Shown here in pieces: positions 45,446 to 58,769 of a stretch of DNA of 64,000 bases (positions are counted from its first letter, which is position 1; every line of letters begins with the position of its first letter). A program made the position numbers and the translations under genes. This stretch comes from Lama glama. Taxonomy: Eukaryota. The notes beneath the pieces were generated by a model, which saw nothing but the letters and a program-made list of their open reading frames with translations, had not been told where the DNA came from and searched no databases. The stretch is taken from positions 1,116,001-1,180,000 of the forward strand of contig CM052846.1 of assembly GCA_028534125.1 (NCBI GenBank), read 5' to 3'.

Positions 45446-47689
45446 CTGAACCTTGTCCTCTCAGACTATCCAGCAGGTGGGGTGTTCCTGAGATCCAAGG
45501 AATGTCCATTGTTCTATTTCAAAGGGCTTTCTTCTCAGAATCCGCGAGGGCTTAAAAAACAATTTGTTGTGTCTTTGCTTATTGATTTAGACCAGGGCAG
45601 AGTGTATTCTAGGCCCTGACGGTGTGCAGGCTCCGTGGTGTGGGAGACGGTGCGCCCCCTTCTCTCTGGAGCAGAGCCTGGCCGGGGCAGGCACCAGCAC
45701 ACGCCTGCTGAGTGGACGGCCTGGCTTCCAAGGCCAGAGTGGGGTCGGTTTCCCTCTCAGACTGGGCCCTTGCCCTTGGACTTGCTACGAAGCCTGGCTC
45801 TGGACCTTCCCCCTGTCCCCGCTCGGTGGCCCGTGCCCTCCTAGGCCCTCACGGCCTGCGGCCTCTCTCAGCAGCAAGCCCCCATCTCCCCCGTCTCTCC
45901 TCCTCACTCATACCCACCAACACTCACCTCAGGCTCAGCGTATTTAGAAAAGACTGAAATAGGCCAATATTAGCCTCAACGAAGAAGTGGAGGGTGGGGC
46001 ATGGAGCGGCCAGGGCGCCAGCCCCCATGGCCGCATGACCACTTCCTCCACACACCGTCCCGATCACCGCGACCCTTTATCCTGAGAACTCCAGGGCATT
46101 GCCCCTACTTTCAAGGAGAAGACTGAAAGCGCTCTGCCTGAGAGCACTTGGCTGGCAAGCCACAGAGCCAGGACTGGCGCCAACGCTGCGAGCGTCGGCC
46201 GCACTTTCGTGGTGGTCAGCGACCTCTGCCCCGCAGGGTTTAGGGCTGCAAAGTCAAGGCCGTGAGGCCAGGGCGGGTGGACGCAGCGAAAACCTTTCCA
46301 AGGGCCCCTCTCAGGTGTCTGTCCCAGCCACGTGCCCACAGACACCGCTCCTTGGCCTTTCAGCGTCATCTTCAGTCGTCCTCGCCCTCTACCCTGGTGC
46401 CTGTCGGGTGAGTTTCCTGAAGTGGAACCCATGCTGGAAAGTCTGCCTCCCGTCACAAAGCCTGGATTCGAGATTTGAGACAAGAACCACCTTTCTCCTT
46501 AGTCTATGTTTATTGAGATTGAAACTTCTATTGTCCTGGGTACCAAGTACCTGGGGAGGCTCACGCAGTGGTTCCGTGAAGCAACCACAGGAGAGGGAAG
46601 CCAGACTCAAGCTGGCACCTGAAGACCTGCGTCCCAGCTTTAGGGCTGCCCTCGCTGCCCAGCTCAGGTGAGGAACCCCTCCAGGGTCTTGCCCTCCCCG
46701 GTGGCAGATTCATGGAGCTGACACTTGCAGAGCCTCCTACCAGCCCAAGGCACCACAGGTGAGCCCTGGTGAGTGCGGGGCAAGATCGCATCGCTAAGCA
46801 GCTTCCTGTCCACTGAAGCACGAAGGAGCGGCTGCCCAACGAGGGGCGTGGCCTTGGCGCCCAGAGCCCTCCTCTCCCCTCATTTCCGGTGGAATCGGGC
46901 TTGTGGAGAGATGCCGCTGAAGAATCAGTTCATCCCCGACCGCCTTTGTCTGGCGTCCCTCCAGCCTGGCATGCGTCGCGTGTGGACGTGAGCCCCTCTC
47001 TGCTGCTTTGAACAGAGCCCCCCCGTGGGCCTCTCGCTGGCCTGGCATTTGGCCCACCTGCCAGATCCCAGGAGCGTCCGGGATGCCGACGAGGAAAGCA
47101 GGGCTGGTTTTCACCTCCAGCCTAGTGCATTAGATGAGCCCCTTGGCCAGAATGGCTCAGCCCTTTGCATGCGCTGATTAGCCAAAGGCGCTTTGGCGGT
47201 GACGTGCTGTACCGTCCGATGGTGTACGCAGGGCTTACCAGACCCGCTACAGAATAAAACTTCCTGAAGCTGCACGGAAAATGAGGCCCCGAAACAGGAA
47301 ACTAGGGTCCGGGCCTGCCGGTGCCCTCGTGCTGCCTCAGGAGACGGCGCTGAGGCACGAGAAGCCGCACAGGAAAGGCCGTCTGGCTGCTCAGCGGTGT
47401 CCCTTCCGGCGCCAGGTGCGGAGTTGCCCTCTACAAGTCCCTCGGCGCTGCCAGGAGAGCCCCAGGGGCCGTCAGCCCCAGCCTTCTCTCCCTTGGCGGA
47501 CGGGGGGCGAGGCCAGCCAGGGACTGTCACCCCCTAGGAGGCGTAGAGTCACAGGCAGAATCAGGGTCTCCAGATCCCAGGCTGCCCTTCCTCTCACCAG
47601 AGGATGAGGTCTCTGAAAAACACGAAGGACCATTTTCCATCGAGGGGAAGCGGAGTCCTGATGAAAGGGCGCTGGCTGTGTAGACGGAG

Positions 47690-47897
47690 TGACTTGGTTC
47701 TCACCCTGCTCATCTCGTCCCGCTCTGTGCCTTGTGTGGCCCCAGGCAGGGTGTCGAGCTGCTCTGCTCTTTAGCTCCCCGTCTATAAAATGGGAATGCC
47801 ACGGGGTTCAGAGAAGACTCAGCGGGTTAATAGGCGCTTGGATTTAGAGACATTCTCGCCACGCAGAGAAGACCCTCTAAATACTCGTTATCATCAC
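47690..47897 (+). mobile_element. MIR SINE
   Basis: tgtgtggccccaggcagg...ctctgctctttagctccccgtctataaaatgggaat...aataggcgcttggatttagagaca...ctctaaatactcgttatcatca. Confidence 0.6.
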
Positions 47898-48299
47898 CCC
47901 CATCCGCGGGCTGAGCAGGCCCTATGCCGACCCCCGCAGGGCCCCGTGCCTTGGCGCTCCCACCTGGGGTGAGCCCCGGGGGGCTGAGAGCCCCCCGGCT
48001 GACCAGCGCGGACATCTCACGGCAACTGCCTCCTGCCTCTGCTCTCTGCGCACCTCGCACCTTTATGCTCTGCCTTCCCAAATCCTTCTCCTCTCCCTTT
48101 GTTTTAGCTACATCCAGCCTCGTGCTGGTGGCCGGGGATCCAAAGGGACACTCGGTCCACTGGTAGAACTCGGAACAAGGCGATTCGTCTCCGACTGGCA
48201 TGGAGCTCATTCAGTTGTTTCTCAAGTAGCTATCAATATCATGAGTTAGACAAAGATGTGCACACACCACATCTGCATGTGTAAACTTGTACAACCAGC

Positions 48300-48650
48300 T
48301 ATGCACGTCATATACTTTATGCATATACTGTGTGTCTTTATGCTTTAATATTCTTACATTGCATACTTCATATTTTAAGTATTCCTTATAATAGAAATGT
48401 TATATACAGTTATATATATTTTATATTTTAAATATTCCTTATATATTAATATAAACTTTATATTACACATACTTTATAATATGTGCTTTATATACTTCAT
48501 ATTTTAAATATTCTTTAAAGAATAATACATACTTTTCATTTTAATATTCTCTATATTACAATATAAACATATATACTTTATATTTTAATATAAAGTTTAT
48601 ATTATATATACTTTATAAGATATATTTTATATTTTAAATATACTTTAAGG
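48300..48650. repeat. AT-rich low-complexity / degenerate tandem repeat
   Basis: Recurrent units such as atacttcatattttaa(g/a)tattc and atataaa(c/g)tttatatta, with very few G. Confidence 0.9.
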
Positions 48651-50307
48651 AAACATGGGTCTTGCAAATCTGCATTGCTCACTTCCTTATAAACTCATTT
48701 AAAAATCTAAATCCTTCATGCTCTGCAAAAGAGCATATGATTACCTTGAGCTTCACACGGCCTTTTCCAGCTCGGTGCATTCTGTAGCCAGGGTGACTCC
48801 CTAGGACGGGGGCCCGGCCGATGGGGCCCGGAGTCAGGCCACTTTCCATAGGTGTTTGTGAAACTCCCACGGCGACCACAGTGATGGGCTGGGGCCTGGA
48901 GTCTGCCCTGTTCTGTGAATAGTCTATAGGAGAAGCACAGGGAACCATGAGCCACACTCTAAAGCTATCATGTAGACATGAGTTTTCAGTAACTAGGAGA
49001 ACGGTCCGCACTGGAAGTCAGAGACAGAACAGGTATCGCGCTGAGGTCCCCGCAGCCGAACAGCTGGGTGCTCTGCTGGAGCGCGAGACCCGTTCTGCCC
49101 CTGGCCACCCGTGAGCCCCGTGCCCGCCCAGCAGGGCCGGGACCACGCCGCCGCACCTCCACGCCGACACGCAGGCCAAGTGACGCGGGGTCTGTCGCGG
49201 GCAACCCCACTCCACCGACACTTTTTAAATGGTCATGCTTATTCAGCAAGCCGACTGACTATGCAGGAGGCAGTGAGTCCCGCCTGGGAAGCTGGATGAG
49301 GCACGCCTGTTTTGTCTGCACCCCTCCCTCTGTTTCTGGGCCTCCAAGGATGCCTCTCTAGGGCTTCTGTCCACTGGGGTGCACCTGATCTTGCTTTCCC
49401 TGGAGCACGCTGCTCGCTGGCTCTTGCTCCCGATCCTGAATTCTCAAGGCTTTTGTAACTAAGGTGACGGAGGGGCACAGGGGCAGAGCTGGAGGCTGAC
49501 CCTTCCGCCCTGGGCCTTGGAGCAGGCGAGGGCCCTCTTCTTGCGGTGGCAGACGAAGGGGGCGGTGTGGCACGTAGGACTCACAGTGGAATGTGACCGG
49601 CTCCCTAGGGCTGCGTCTGGGGGCCAGGGAGAGGGAAGAAGGGGGAGGCCGCAGGACGACGCTGCCAGGCGGGGCGTCCGGGGGCAGGTGGGGCGGAGAA
49701 CGGGCCGCCCTCATCGTTGCCCTGGAGACGCATCGCTGACCGCTGGCACAGACCCGTCCCGTCTTTAAGACTCTGGGGTGTGATTGCTCGTTCTCCCTCA
49801 GCCGCTTCAGAAGTCACCACCACATCCCATTACGCCAGGCGGGAGGCCGGCCACAGCACCACCTAGACTCCTGGGTCTCCCACGCCTTCCCTTCCCCCGC
49901 CCCCACGTGCGGATCTCCGCTCCGACTCTCCTCCCCTCACGCCTACGCCCTGCCCTCCCTCCCCGTCAGCCCCGGACGCTCTGTCCAAGGGTAGCGCCCA
50001 GGTGGGGATGCAGCGCAAGAAGGCCCTGCCCTCGCCTTCAGCCCCAAGCCTAACCGACCGCCACCGCCTCCCTCTGCCACTTCTACCCGCGAGCCCCTGT
50101 CTTTGGAGCAGGCTGCCGGCTGCCGGCGCCCCGGCGAGTCTCAGCACTCTGGCCGGGCTCTCCTGCCGGACGCAGACCCGGAGGCTCGGGGTGGGCTGGG
50201 GTGGGGGCGGGGCGCCCACGGAGAAGCATGTCTGTCAGGTGCTTGTCAGGGGTGAGCAGGGCGCCCGCGGGCGAGCGCTAAACGTCTGTCTCTCTCTCCC
50301 TACACAG

Positions 50308-50408
50308 GGCCTGGAGCCGTCATTGATGGTGTAAACTCGGCGTCCAGAGTGCTGGCCGGCCTCTGGCTGTCGGGGACCCTCTTTGCTCACTTCTTCATCA
50401 AGTTTTGA
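50308..50408 (+). CDS. OPCML: OPCML terminal coding exon, GPI-anchor signal: (G)PGAVIDGVNSASRVLAGLWLSGTLFAHFFIKF*
   Basis: ctaaac branch-like motif, (ct)n tract and acacag|GG acceptor; TGA at 50406-50408. Small-residue omega region (N-S-A) plus hydrophobic tail ending AHFFIKF, characteristic of OPCML. Confidence 0.97.
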
Positions 50409-53400
50409 TGAGAAACCATAGGTCTTCTGAGCAATGCCTGCTTCTCCACATCACAGACTTTACCTGCACTACGGAGGGCAAACCAGTCTGGGCTTCTTTT
50501 TCGTTTCTTTTTTGTCTTCTCCTTCTCGATTTTTCACTTTTATTCGTTTTGTTTGCTTGATTTTTCTTTCCCAGTTTGAACGAGCAGGGCTGGGGGGAGG
50601 GGCGAGCAGGGTTCTACCATGTGCAGGATGGTCATTCGTGGGCGAGGCCAGAAGTAGAGTCCGTTCCTGCCAGCGCGGCCCCTCCCCTTTCCTCTGCTCC
50701 CCCTCATCACCGCTTCCACCCCCCGCCCCGCACCAAATCATAAGCTCCATTTGCGCAAAAAATGTGCCTCATGATAAACACCCTGAAGACACGACTTGGC
50801 TTGTAACGTAGTGCACAGCGAGAGCTCTGTCCAGGCGTCCTGCGATCTGTGTCTCTCCAGCTTTGGACCATTCTCCTGACTCTAATTTACATATCGCTGC
50901 CTCCAGTGTATTATTACCTAATTACACTAGGGTTCACGGCCTTTCTTTCCGGGAAGTTCTCTCTCTACCTGAAATATTGCAATCTTTTCTAGCCATTCTG
51001 CCCTGTTTGCTTTCTCTACTGGGGATTCGAGGTTTGGGGATATGCGCACAACCCAAAACTGAAAGTTTAGAAGTTGTGTGACCAAAAGAGGGGGAGGCGT
51101 TTTGAGAACAGTCCTTCTCTTTAAAAAATGCCGTCCGTGTCGTGAAAAATGGTCCACACGTGGCTGATTATTTAGGTTATATCAAGCTCTCCCTCAAAGT
51201 CATCATACAGTTACCCATCTATTCACCTGTCCGATTCATCGCCCCATCCAGTTATCCACCCGCCCGGCCCCCTCTCTAGCAATGTATTTACTGTATTTAT
51301 CAGTCCATCGGTGTCATTTCCTAGCATTTCTTTCTGTTTATTTCCCCACGACTCACCACCAGTCCATCACCGTATCAGTCTCTAATCATTTTGTGTCTGT
51401 CCCCCCGTGTTCACTTCTCCCCCACCTTCAGCAGACACTGGCATCTCCAGAATTACCTATCAGCTTCTCGTGTGAAAGCCAGTGAGCTCACGGGCTAACG
51501 ACACAGACAAGCACTACGTAAGGGGCTCTCTGGAACGCGGTGCCCGTCTGCCCGGAGTCGATGCTGGTAACAGACGGACCAAAGGAGCAATCTCGTGAGC
51601 AGTCACCCACGGTTCCCGGAAGAGACGGTGTTTCCAGAAGCGTCTTCCTGGGAAGCAGCCCAGCCTTGGGGAAGCCTGGATTGCTAGCGTGCTTTTTTTC
51701 TTTGTCACTGGAAGGACTGAAGTGCCAGTCTCCATGCTTCTCAGCCCTTCGAGGAAGCCCACGTCGGGAACCTAGGGACCGTCCTTAGCGGCAAGACAGG
51801 AAGAGGAGGACACACATCTGCGTCTGCAGTAAGAGGCGCGCGGTCCGTCAGAGCGGAGCGACTTCAACTCCCGTCTCCTCTGGTCCAGCTTTGGCTTAAT
51901 CTGTTTGAAAACTATCCAGTGAAAAGCTGATGGAAGCCAATTACACGGCGGGTGTGTTGTTGACGTGGTATTTGCTTCAGGAAGGTCTTCTGAGCTGAGG
52001 GCACTTGAGCAACTGACTTAATTTCTGAGCACTTGCTAATGCCACACAGCAAGCAGGAGGGGACAGTGCAAGGGACACGCTGCTTCTCCGGTGGCTTTGA
52101 GGGCGAAGCCCTCAGCTCGCCACGTTCAGGGCGGCCCCAACGCACAGAGAAGAGCTGACCTGATCTTTCTGCACCATCTCCTGGGAGGAGAAGGGCTCAG
52201 CCAGCCAGGGCGCCTTTGATGCGAAGAAATGGCCTCGGAAAGCACGCGGGGCTGCGCCCTTTTCCTGTGCCGCAGCGGGTGAGCTGCGAGGGGCGAGAAC
52301 CACGGGCGCACAGCCCGGAGGACCGGGAAACTTCCAGCCCGCAGAGTCCCGCGCCCTTGGTGCTTGACTGGGCTTCCTCCTCTGCGTGGCCCCTTTGTTT
52401 CTGTGCAGGATGCCACGTGAACGCGGCCTCAGAGTGGGAAACACACACACATGCACGTGCACACGTGGCATACAAAGAGCGAGGCGCTTTGGTAAGAGTT
52501 AGAGCTGGTGTGAGTGAAATTAATGTTAGATTTGCTCACTTAAACATCCATCCGCATTTCCGAGGGAGCTCCCAGGAGCCAGACTTGGGGACCAGAAATG
52601 ATATGCCAAAAGCAGCGTGTGGATTCCACGCTCCAGGGACAGTCTCGAGCCAGCACAGGGTCAGAATGCACGGTCAGACGTCAGTGCCTCAGCTCTGTCA
52701 CTGTGGGCACTGGACGAGAATTTAATGTGTCACCTGAAGGTCCTCCTAGTAATACAGGTGTTAGCTTGGGGTAAAATAGTGCAGAGGCCGGGCAGCATGG
52801 ACGGTCTTGGAGAATAGTGTGCTTGAAACGGACAAGCTGGGTGTGTCCTTCACTCCAAGGCTTGATCTAAAGGTGTCCATCCTTCTTCGGCTGGAAGATC
52901 CCGGAACCTACTGAGCACAAGGAGACTGGGTCTCAGCATCGCTGCGGACACTGCGCTGCCCTCTCCCACTGGACACCAGGAAGGACATCTTTAGTTACAT
53001 GTTCCAGCCACGTTTCAGAGGGAAAAAGTCCTACCGTCCATCCTCCCCTGTCTGGGATGAAGAAAACCAAGTAAGTAAGACCCAAGGGGCACTGGGAGAG
53101 GAACGCCTTCTCCACGGCGGGCGTCCTCCAGCACGCATGCTGCGTGGGCTACCTTGGTGGGGATGGCTCCCCAGGACAGTAGCCTTCTGAAGCACATAGA
53201 ACAGCCAACGCTCATTCAAGACGGTCTTGATTCTCACACTCTTTCCACTTTATATACGGAGAGCAGGTGCATCAGTCCTGCTGGAGAGACTGCCTTCGAG
53301 GCGCCAGGGGTGGAGGTGGCGGTTAGGGTGAAGGAGGGCAAAGCACCGGGTCCCCGGGAACCTGCAGCTCGGCACAGGTTTGCACATGGGGAGGAAACCA

Positions 53401-55486
53401 GACAAGGCTTCTCAGGGGATTGAATGGGAGAATTCAGCAATGCAGGTGCTCCGAGAGCCCCCTGTCCAGGACCAAGCTCACATGTGCGTCCACCAAAGTC
53501 ATGCCCATGAACGTTCGAGTGTCCGGCTCCGGCCAAGCTTGGTCTCAGTGGTTTACTGTCAAGTGCCTGATACAGTCTCCTACAAGTCTAAGCAAGTGCG
53601 TTTCGTCTTCCTCATTCCTGTTTTAGCTGGGGGAGGGAGGCCTTGCAGGCGAGCGGCGGTCAGCCCGTGCACCTTACTTTGCGCAGGGAGGATTGTGTGC
53701 GGCGGTTCTGATGCGGCTGTGCTCAACGGAACAGCAGTCAAGAGGAGACTTTGAATCAGAAGTACGCCTGGGGCTCTTGGTCCCGAAACCCACACCGCAT
53801 ACCAGACAATGCATTTCAGGGGCTGGACAGTTAGTTCTCACAACCTGGGTGGAAGCGTGCTCTGGGATTCTGGGAACCCCACCACCGAGGGTGAGTTCAA
53901 GGGCCTGTGTCTGCACCAGTCCAGTCAGCTTGCTCCCAACGTGGAGGGGTTAGCCAGCTCGACGTATGCCGGGAAAACCCACGTGAACAGAGGAGAGAAC
54001 TTACAGTGGGAGCCGGTCTCAGAGCCGTCGGCGGCACTGCGTCGGGGGCGGCTGTAACGTGGCGGGGGCCTCCTGTGCCGACAGAAACGCTTCCTTGTCC
54101 GTGACTGTGTGTGGTGTCGCCAGCATCAGTAGGAGGGGAGGAAGGCCCAGGGCCAGGCCGGGTATGAGGACGATGTCGACTTTCCCGGTTTGACCCTGAG
54201 CCCCCACCAGAGAAAACCCGGCTTTGCAGCACCTGGAACCAGCTCACCCCTCCCTCCAGAAAGCCCAACAAACAAAAAACTCCAAAACAAAATGCAATCT
54301 CTTTGGCATCAGCGGAAGTAGAGGAAGCAGCATAAAATGTTTCTTGTTGGCAAAGTTCACTTTTCCTCTTTTTACCCCCAAACGAGAATCAGCTTTTTTT
54401 TTGTCTCGCGTGATCCCGACTCCTAGAAACTTCAGTCCGGCTGCCTCCCCTCCGAGTACCCAGAGCTTCCCTGTCTTTTTATTCTAAGACAAGGAAGTTT
54501 GAGCAGTTGCAGCAGAACGTCACAGGTGTGTCGCTGGGAAGGCAACGTTTGCAAAAGATGCTGTGTGATGAGCACCGATGATCACTGAGAGCAAACAAAT
54601 GAAAGCGCCAGGCTCGTTTCCCTCGCTTCTTAGGAGAAGACAAGTAATGAGAGGAGGAAGCAGCAGACCTGCGATGAAACGACGTGGAGAAAAGATAGAG
54701 CTGGACCAGAGCAATTCAGCCTTCAGGTGCAAGATACAGCCCGAGGGAATGTGGAGTGGACTTAATTAGACGCGATTGTCTTCATCCTGGAAGTGGTCCG
54801 CGAAGCCTCATTTCCCGTAGTTTAGAAGAGATTCCGTTTTGTTTCTTCCCACGGTGCCCTTTTAAAGGCACCACGTTATTTCAGTTGCTCCACCACAGTG
54901 AGTGGGGAAGGAAAGGCGGTGAACCCTCTGCTATCTTTTCGGGGCTGCATTCTACGCTATCGGCAGATTTATAATGGTATCCATAATAGCAATGATGTGT
55001 AATCACGCCTGCCCTTGTGTTAGTTAAAGGGAGCGTTTTTAATCATTGGAAAACTTGTGTGACGTGTACAGTGCAGTTGTGAGGAATGTGTGGGTGTACG
55101 AAGATGTGTCTGTCAAGTCCAGAGTCCTCTAGATTAAAAAAAATTTTTTTGACTTATCAATGGTGCCGTTACAGCTGTGTCAGACAGGTGCGCTCACTCC
55201 CAGCTATCCTTAAAGCAAATCTGTGTTCAAATGCTTTAAAATTTTATCACATGATACAAGAGTATAACTTTGTCAGCCTTCTAGAGTTTTTTCCTTCTAT
55301 TTTCTTTCTTATGTTTTCCTTCAAAAATCAACGGAGACTTGATTTCTGTCAATAATTGTATTAAGGGTGAATATACTACCTGAATTTTGTGCATGTTACA
55401 TTGTAGTTGTAACCTTTTCTAATTCAGGATGGATACAAGATGGTTGTGATTGTGCAGTGTATCAATAAAGTTCAAAGAAATTTGTA
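50409..55486 (+). other. OPCML: OPCML 3' UTR (~5.1 kb; 3' end approximate)
   Basis: Runs from the stop codon to the first well-contexted AATAAA I found (55464). Few recognisable transposons, with U-rich proximal and AT-rich distal blocks typical of long neuronal UTRs. Confidence 0.75.
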
Positions 55487-55505
55487 ACTTTTGGGGGGCT
55501 ATTTA
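55458..55505 (+). terminator. Polyadenylation signal AATAAA (55464-55469); cleavage expected near 55485
   Basis: AATAAA with upstream TGTA motifs (~55402, ~55408, 55458) and downstream T/G-rich sequence (ttttggggggctatttatt). Confidence 0.78.
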
Positions 55506-55627
55506 TTAGGACATCTCACTGGGTTTCCAGGAATGGAGAAGGGCTAGGTAGGCTGTGTGCGTTTTTGGCTCTGGGGAGTCGATGCAGTCAGAAAACTGGC
55601 TTCTCTCTCTCCCTCCCCCCACCGCTT

Positions 55628-55730
55628 TATGCACATATGCACCCACACGCACACGTGCACCCACACACACACGTGCACCTCCACACACACATGTGCACCC
55701 ACCACATACATGTGCACCCACACGCACACA
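55628..55730. repeat. Degenerate (CA)n / TGCAC purine-pyrimidine repeat
   Basis: atgcacatatgcacccacacgcacacgtgcacccacacacacgtgcacctccacacacacatgtgcaccc... Confidence 0.88.
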
Positions 55731-57054
55731 GAATGCTAGGCAGTTTGGGCACTTTCACATTACACTTGTGTATCACAAATCTATGCCATTTACAAGTCAT
55801 ATAAAATGCAGATAATATGAAATCCAGCTGCAGCCGCAAAGTCGAAATTATTTGTTGGCCTAGGCTAAGGTGAAATCAGGAGCGAAGCCTCAGGAGCAGG
55901 ATGACCAGGCACTGCTCAGTCTGGGCTTTCCTCGGCAGTCCCTGCGGCCTGACCCCGCCGAGTTAAGCCCCACTTGGGCAAGAGTAAGTAAGAGAAAATA
56001 CGGTGACCGTGCTCTCCGCCTGTTCTTTACGGTGTATGCCTTCGGATTCACTCTTCTCCGGCTTAGTTTACTGGCGTGCTCATGGGGCAGTGGAACCACT
56101 GGATCAGTTCTCCTCTGTCTTAGGTCCACTGCCAGACACACAGGGTAATAGGGCCGCTGGGTTAATTGCTCTCCGTCTTCGGTTTACTGTGGCACTCACA
56201 GGGCAACAGGACCACGGGCGTCCCTGTTCTCTGTCTCAGCCTTCCTGTGAGCTCCTCGGGTAGTAGCATGAGGAGGAGACAGGGGAGCCGGCTCCGTTCC
56301 TCTGATTGCCTTTCCCAGGACGTCTTTCTCGTTCAGTGAAGCCCCATCTCCTCCACCTTCGTCGCACATTCGTATGCTCGCTGGAGGAACGGGTATTGAG
56401 CACTTTCCTGGAACCCAGCTTCTCACCAACCGTGTATACATCGGCTGCCATTGAATAGACGTGTGGCCTGGGACCGGACTGGCCCTGCGAGTCTTTGTTT
56501 CCTCAGCGCCACCACTGGTGAATTTACACCCCTCAGTGTGTTCTGTCAAACCTCTGAGCAATTGTTGTTTCTTTTTCAACCACTGGGTTCCTCAGGACTG
56601 CCCGAGTAAAGCCTAGGCCCGTGACTGTTACGATTTGGGGACGCAGCAGGAAGTGGGTCAAGATTCTCCATCTGACTGAACCGCTTCCCTGGCCAAGACC
56701 CGGAGCTCGAGTGATGAGGCTCGTTTCGAATGGCTTCCTGGGTAGACGAGGGCTAATCTCTGGTCTTTCGTGACTCTGTTTCCCCCACAGGGGATGGAAC
56801 ACAGATAAGTGGATAGACTAGATCATGTTCTTTGTAAATTAAAATACCACGGATGTGGTAGGAACCAGTGATTGAGAGTTTCCAATTTCCTCACACTCAT
56901 TGTAAAATCATGACTTGTCGAGGAAACGGATTTCCAGTCTCACATCTTAATGCCTCTGGCGCTCCCTGTTACCCTCCCCTTTTCCCTTCTTCCGTTTAAT
57001 CATCCTCTCCCCAGCCACACCTGACCCTGTCCCGCTCCTGTTCACACCACAGCA

Positions 57055-57360
57055 CTTGCCCATCCATCTGCTCGCCCGCTGGCATGGGCGTTTATCGGTC
57101 TTCCACTTCATCTGGCCTCTCAGCTCCATCAATCATCAATGTACCAATTTATTTCTCCATCAGCTAACCACTCACCTATTCATTCACATATTATTTCCCC
57201 ATTTATCCAACCCTCATTCCATCTATTCACTCATGCACCTCCCTCACATGACTGTTCCCCACCTATTTATTTAAACCATCTATCCATTCTTCACCTGTCA
57301 GCCCATCCAGCAAGCATCCTCCAACCAGCCTTTGTCGGACTCCTTATTTACCAAACCACT
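57055..57360. repeat. Degenerate (CCAT/TTCA)n low-complexity tract (a similar tract lies at ~51210-51400)
   Basis: Repeated catcc/tattcattca/atccat units; G-poor + strand. Confidence 0.6.
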
Positions 57361-58769
57361 TCAGGGTAATGAGAATCTTTGCCGTTATCTTTCCATTCTT
57401 CAGGGGAGGCTTATCTAGTTATTCTTCAGCGTGGCAGCTAAATGACTGGATGCATTTTCATTATCTTTGCCCAAAATGCACCCCATTAAAACATACACAT
57501 AGAGAAGTGCTTTTGGAAACCTGTTAGGGACATACTCCTTCCTACCAGGACGTACTGCTGTAGGCAGAGGACGGAGAATTGGGGGTGCAGTGGAAACGCC
57601 CAAAGAAGGTGCCGATGTTCAACTTCCTGACACTAGGAAGGCAGCCATGCAATGAGCACAAGTGACTGAGGAAACAGGCAGGAGGGACCTCAACTGGCAA
57701 CCGTTGCTTCCTTTCTGTTAGATATTCTGTTGAATAAATTACTTATTTTGATGACGACTAGGGAATGAGACTAACTGGAACCAAATCCTATGATCATTTT
57801 TAAAAACCAACACCCTCAAGCTACAAAGGATGCCACCTTCCGTACGTGCCGTCTTCCGTTCATTAGGAAATCTTTTTTGTCCTTGCCATGTTTTCCCACT
57901 TACTCCTTTATTCATTCACTCATGCATTGAGTTCAGAGAGGAACTCTCATGAGGATCTCATATCTAAGATGGGAAACAACTGTATAAAAAGAAAAAAAAA
58001 ACAGTATTCTCTTGCAGCTCTTAGGATAGAGATGTAAGAAACTGGCTGCAGAGAGAGCAAATACTGGGAGCTAATTAAGCAGCCTCTTCCCTGCCCCTGC
58101 TCGAGGGCGGAAGGCCGGGGTGCAGACAGCTAATTTAGGTGGCAGACATAGTGAAAAGATACATCACTACACAAACAAATGAGGCACCGGGGCCACGGCA
58201 CATTCCACGTTCAATTATTAACCGGTAGGGTGAGTAAATACTGTTGGAGGAATGAGCACCATGAAAGAGGTAAAATTGGAAATGTCCAAAGGGCCACCTT
58301 CTGCGCTTGGTGATACCAGCTGACCCAGACAGGCCTCGTGGAGGGACCGCGTGCCATCTAGGACGTCAAATCCGGTCAGACCAGGAGGTTCTTCGGGGAG
58401 ATCACTGAGCATCTCTCATTGGCTCTCAAAGCTCCGTAAGCCTTTCTGATGAGGGACGAGGAGGCAGTGACTGGGACCAGGTGCGGAGTTGAGACTGGAA
58501 GGCTGAGCAGCAGAACTGAAGCGTGGGCCTGCTGAACGGTGTCCTCTAAATGGAATTTCTCCAGTTAAAACCTGCCTAACACTCTGGGGTTTAAGTTGAA
58601 ATACACAGCTTATTTGCATCTAAGTGTTTATTTTAAACAGCTTTTGTTTCAAAACATGAATGTTTAAGGTTTTTACCTCTCCATTATTTGCTATGTCCTA
58701 TGAGACATACTTCCTTCTACTTGAAGCTCTCAAACTAGCCATTCTGTCTGCAGAGACATAGTATGACAG

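Noticed and set aside
37352-50408. Assignment to NTM, LSAMP, NEGR1 or IGLON5, or to a pseudogene
   Set aside because: [22 protein letters not shown] and the C-terminus AHFFIKF are OPCML-specific. All splice sites and phases are intact with no internal stops.
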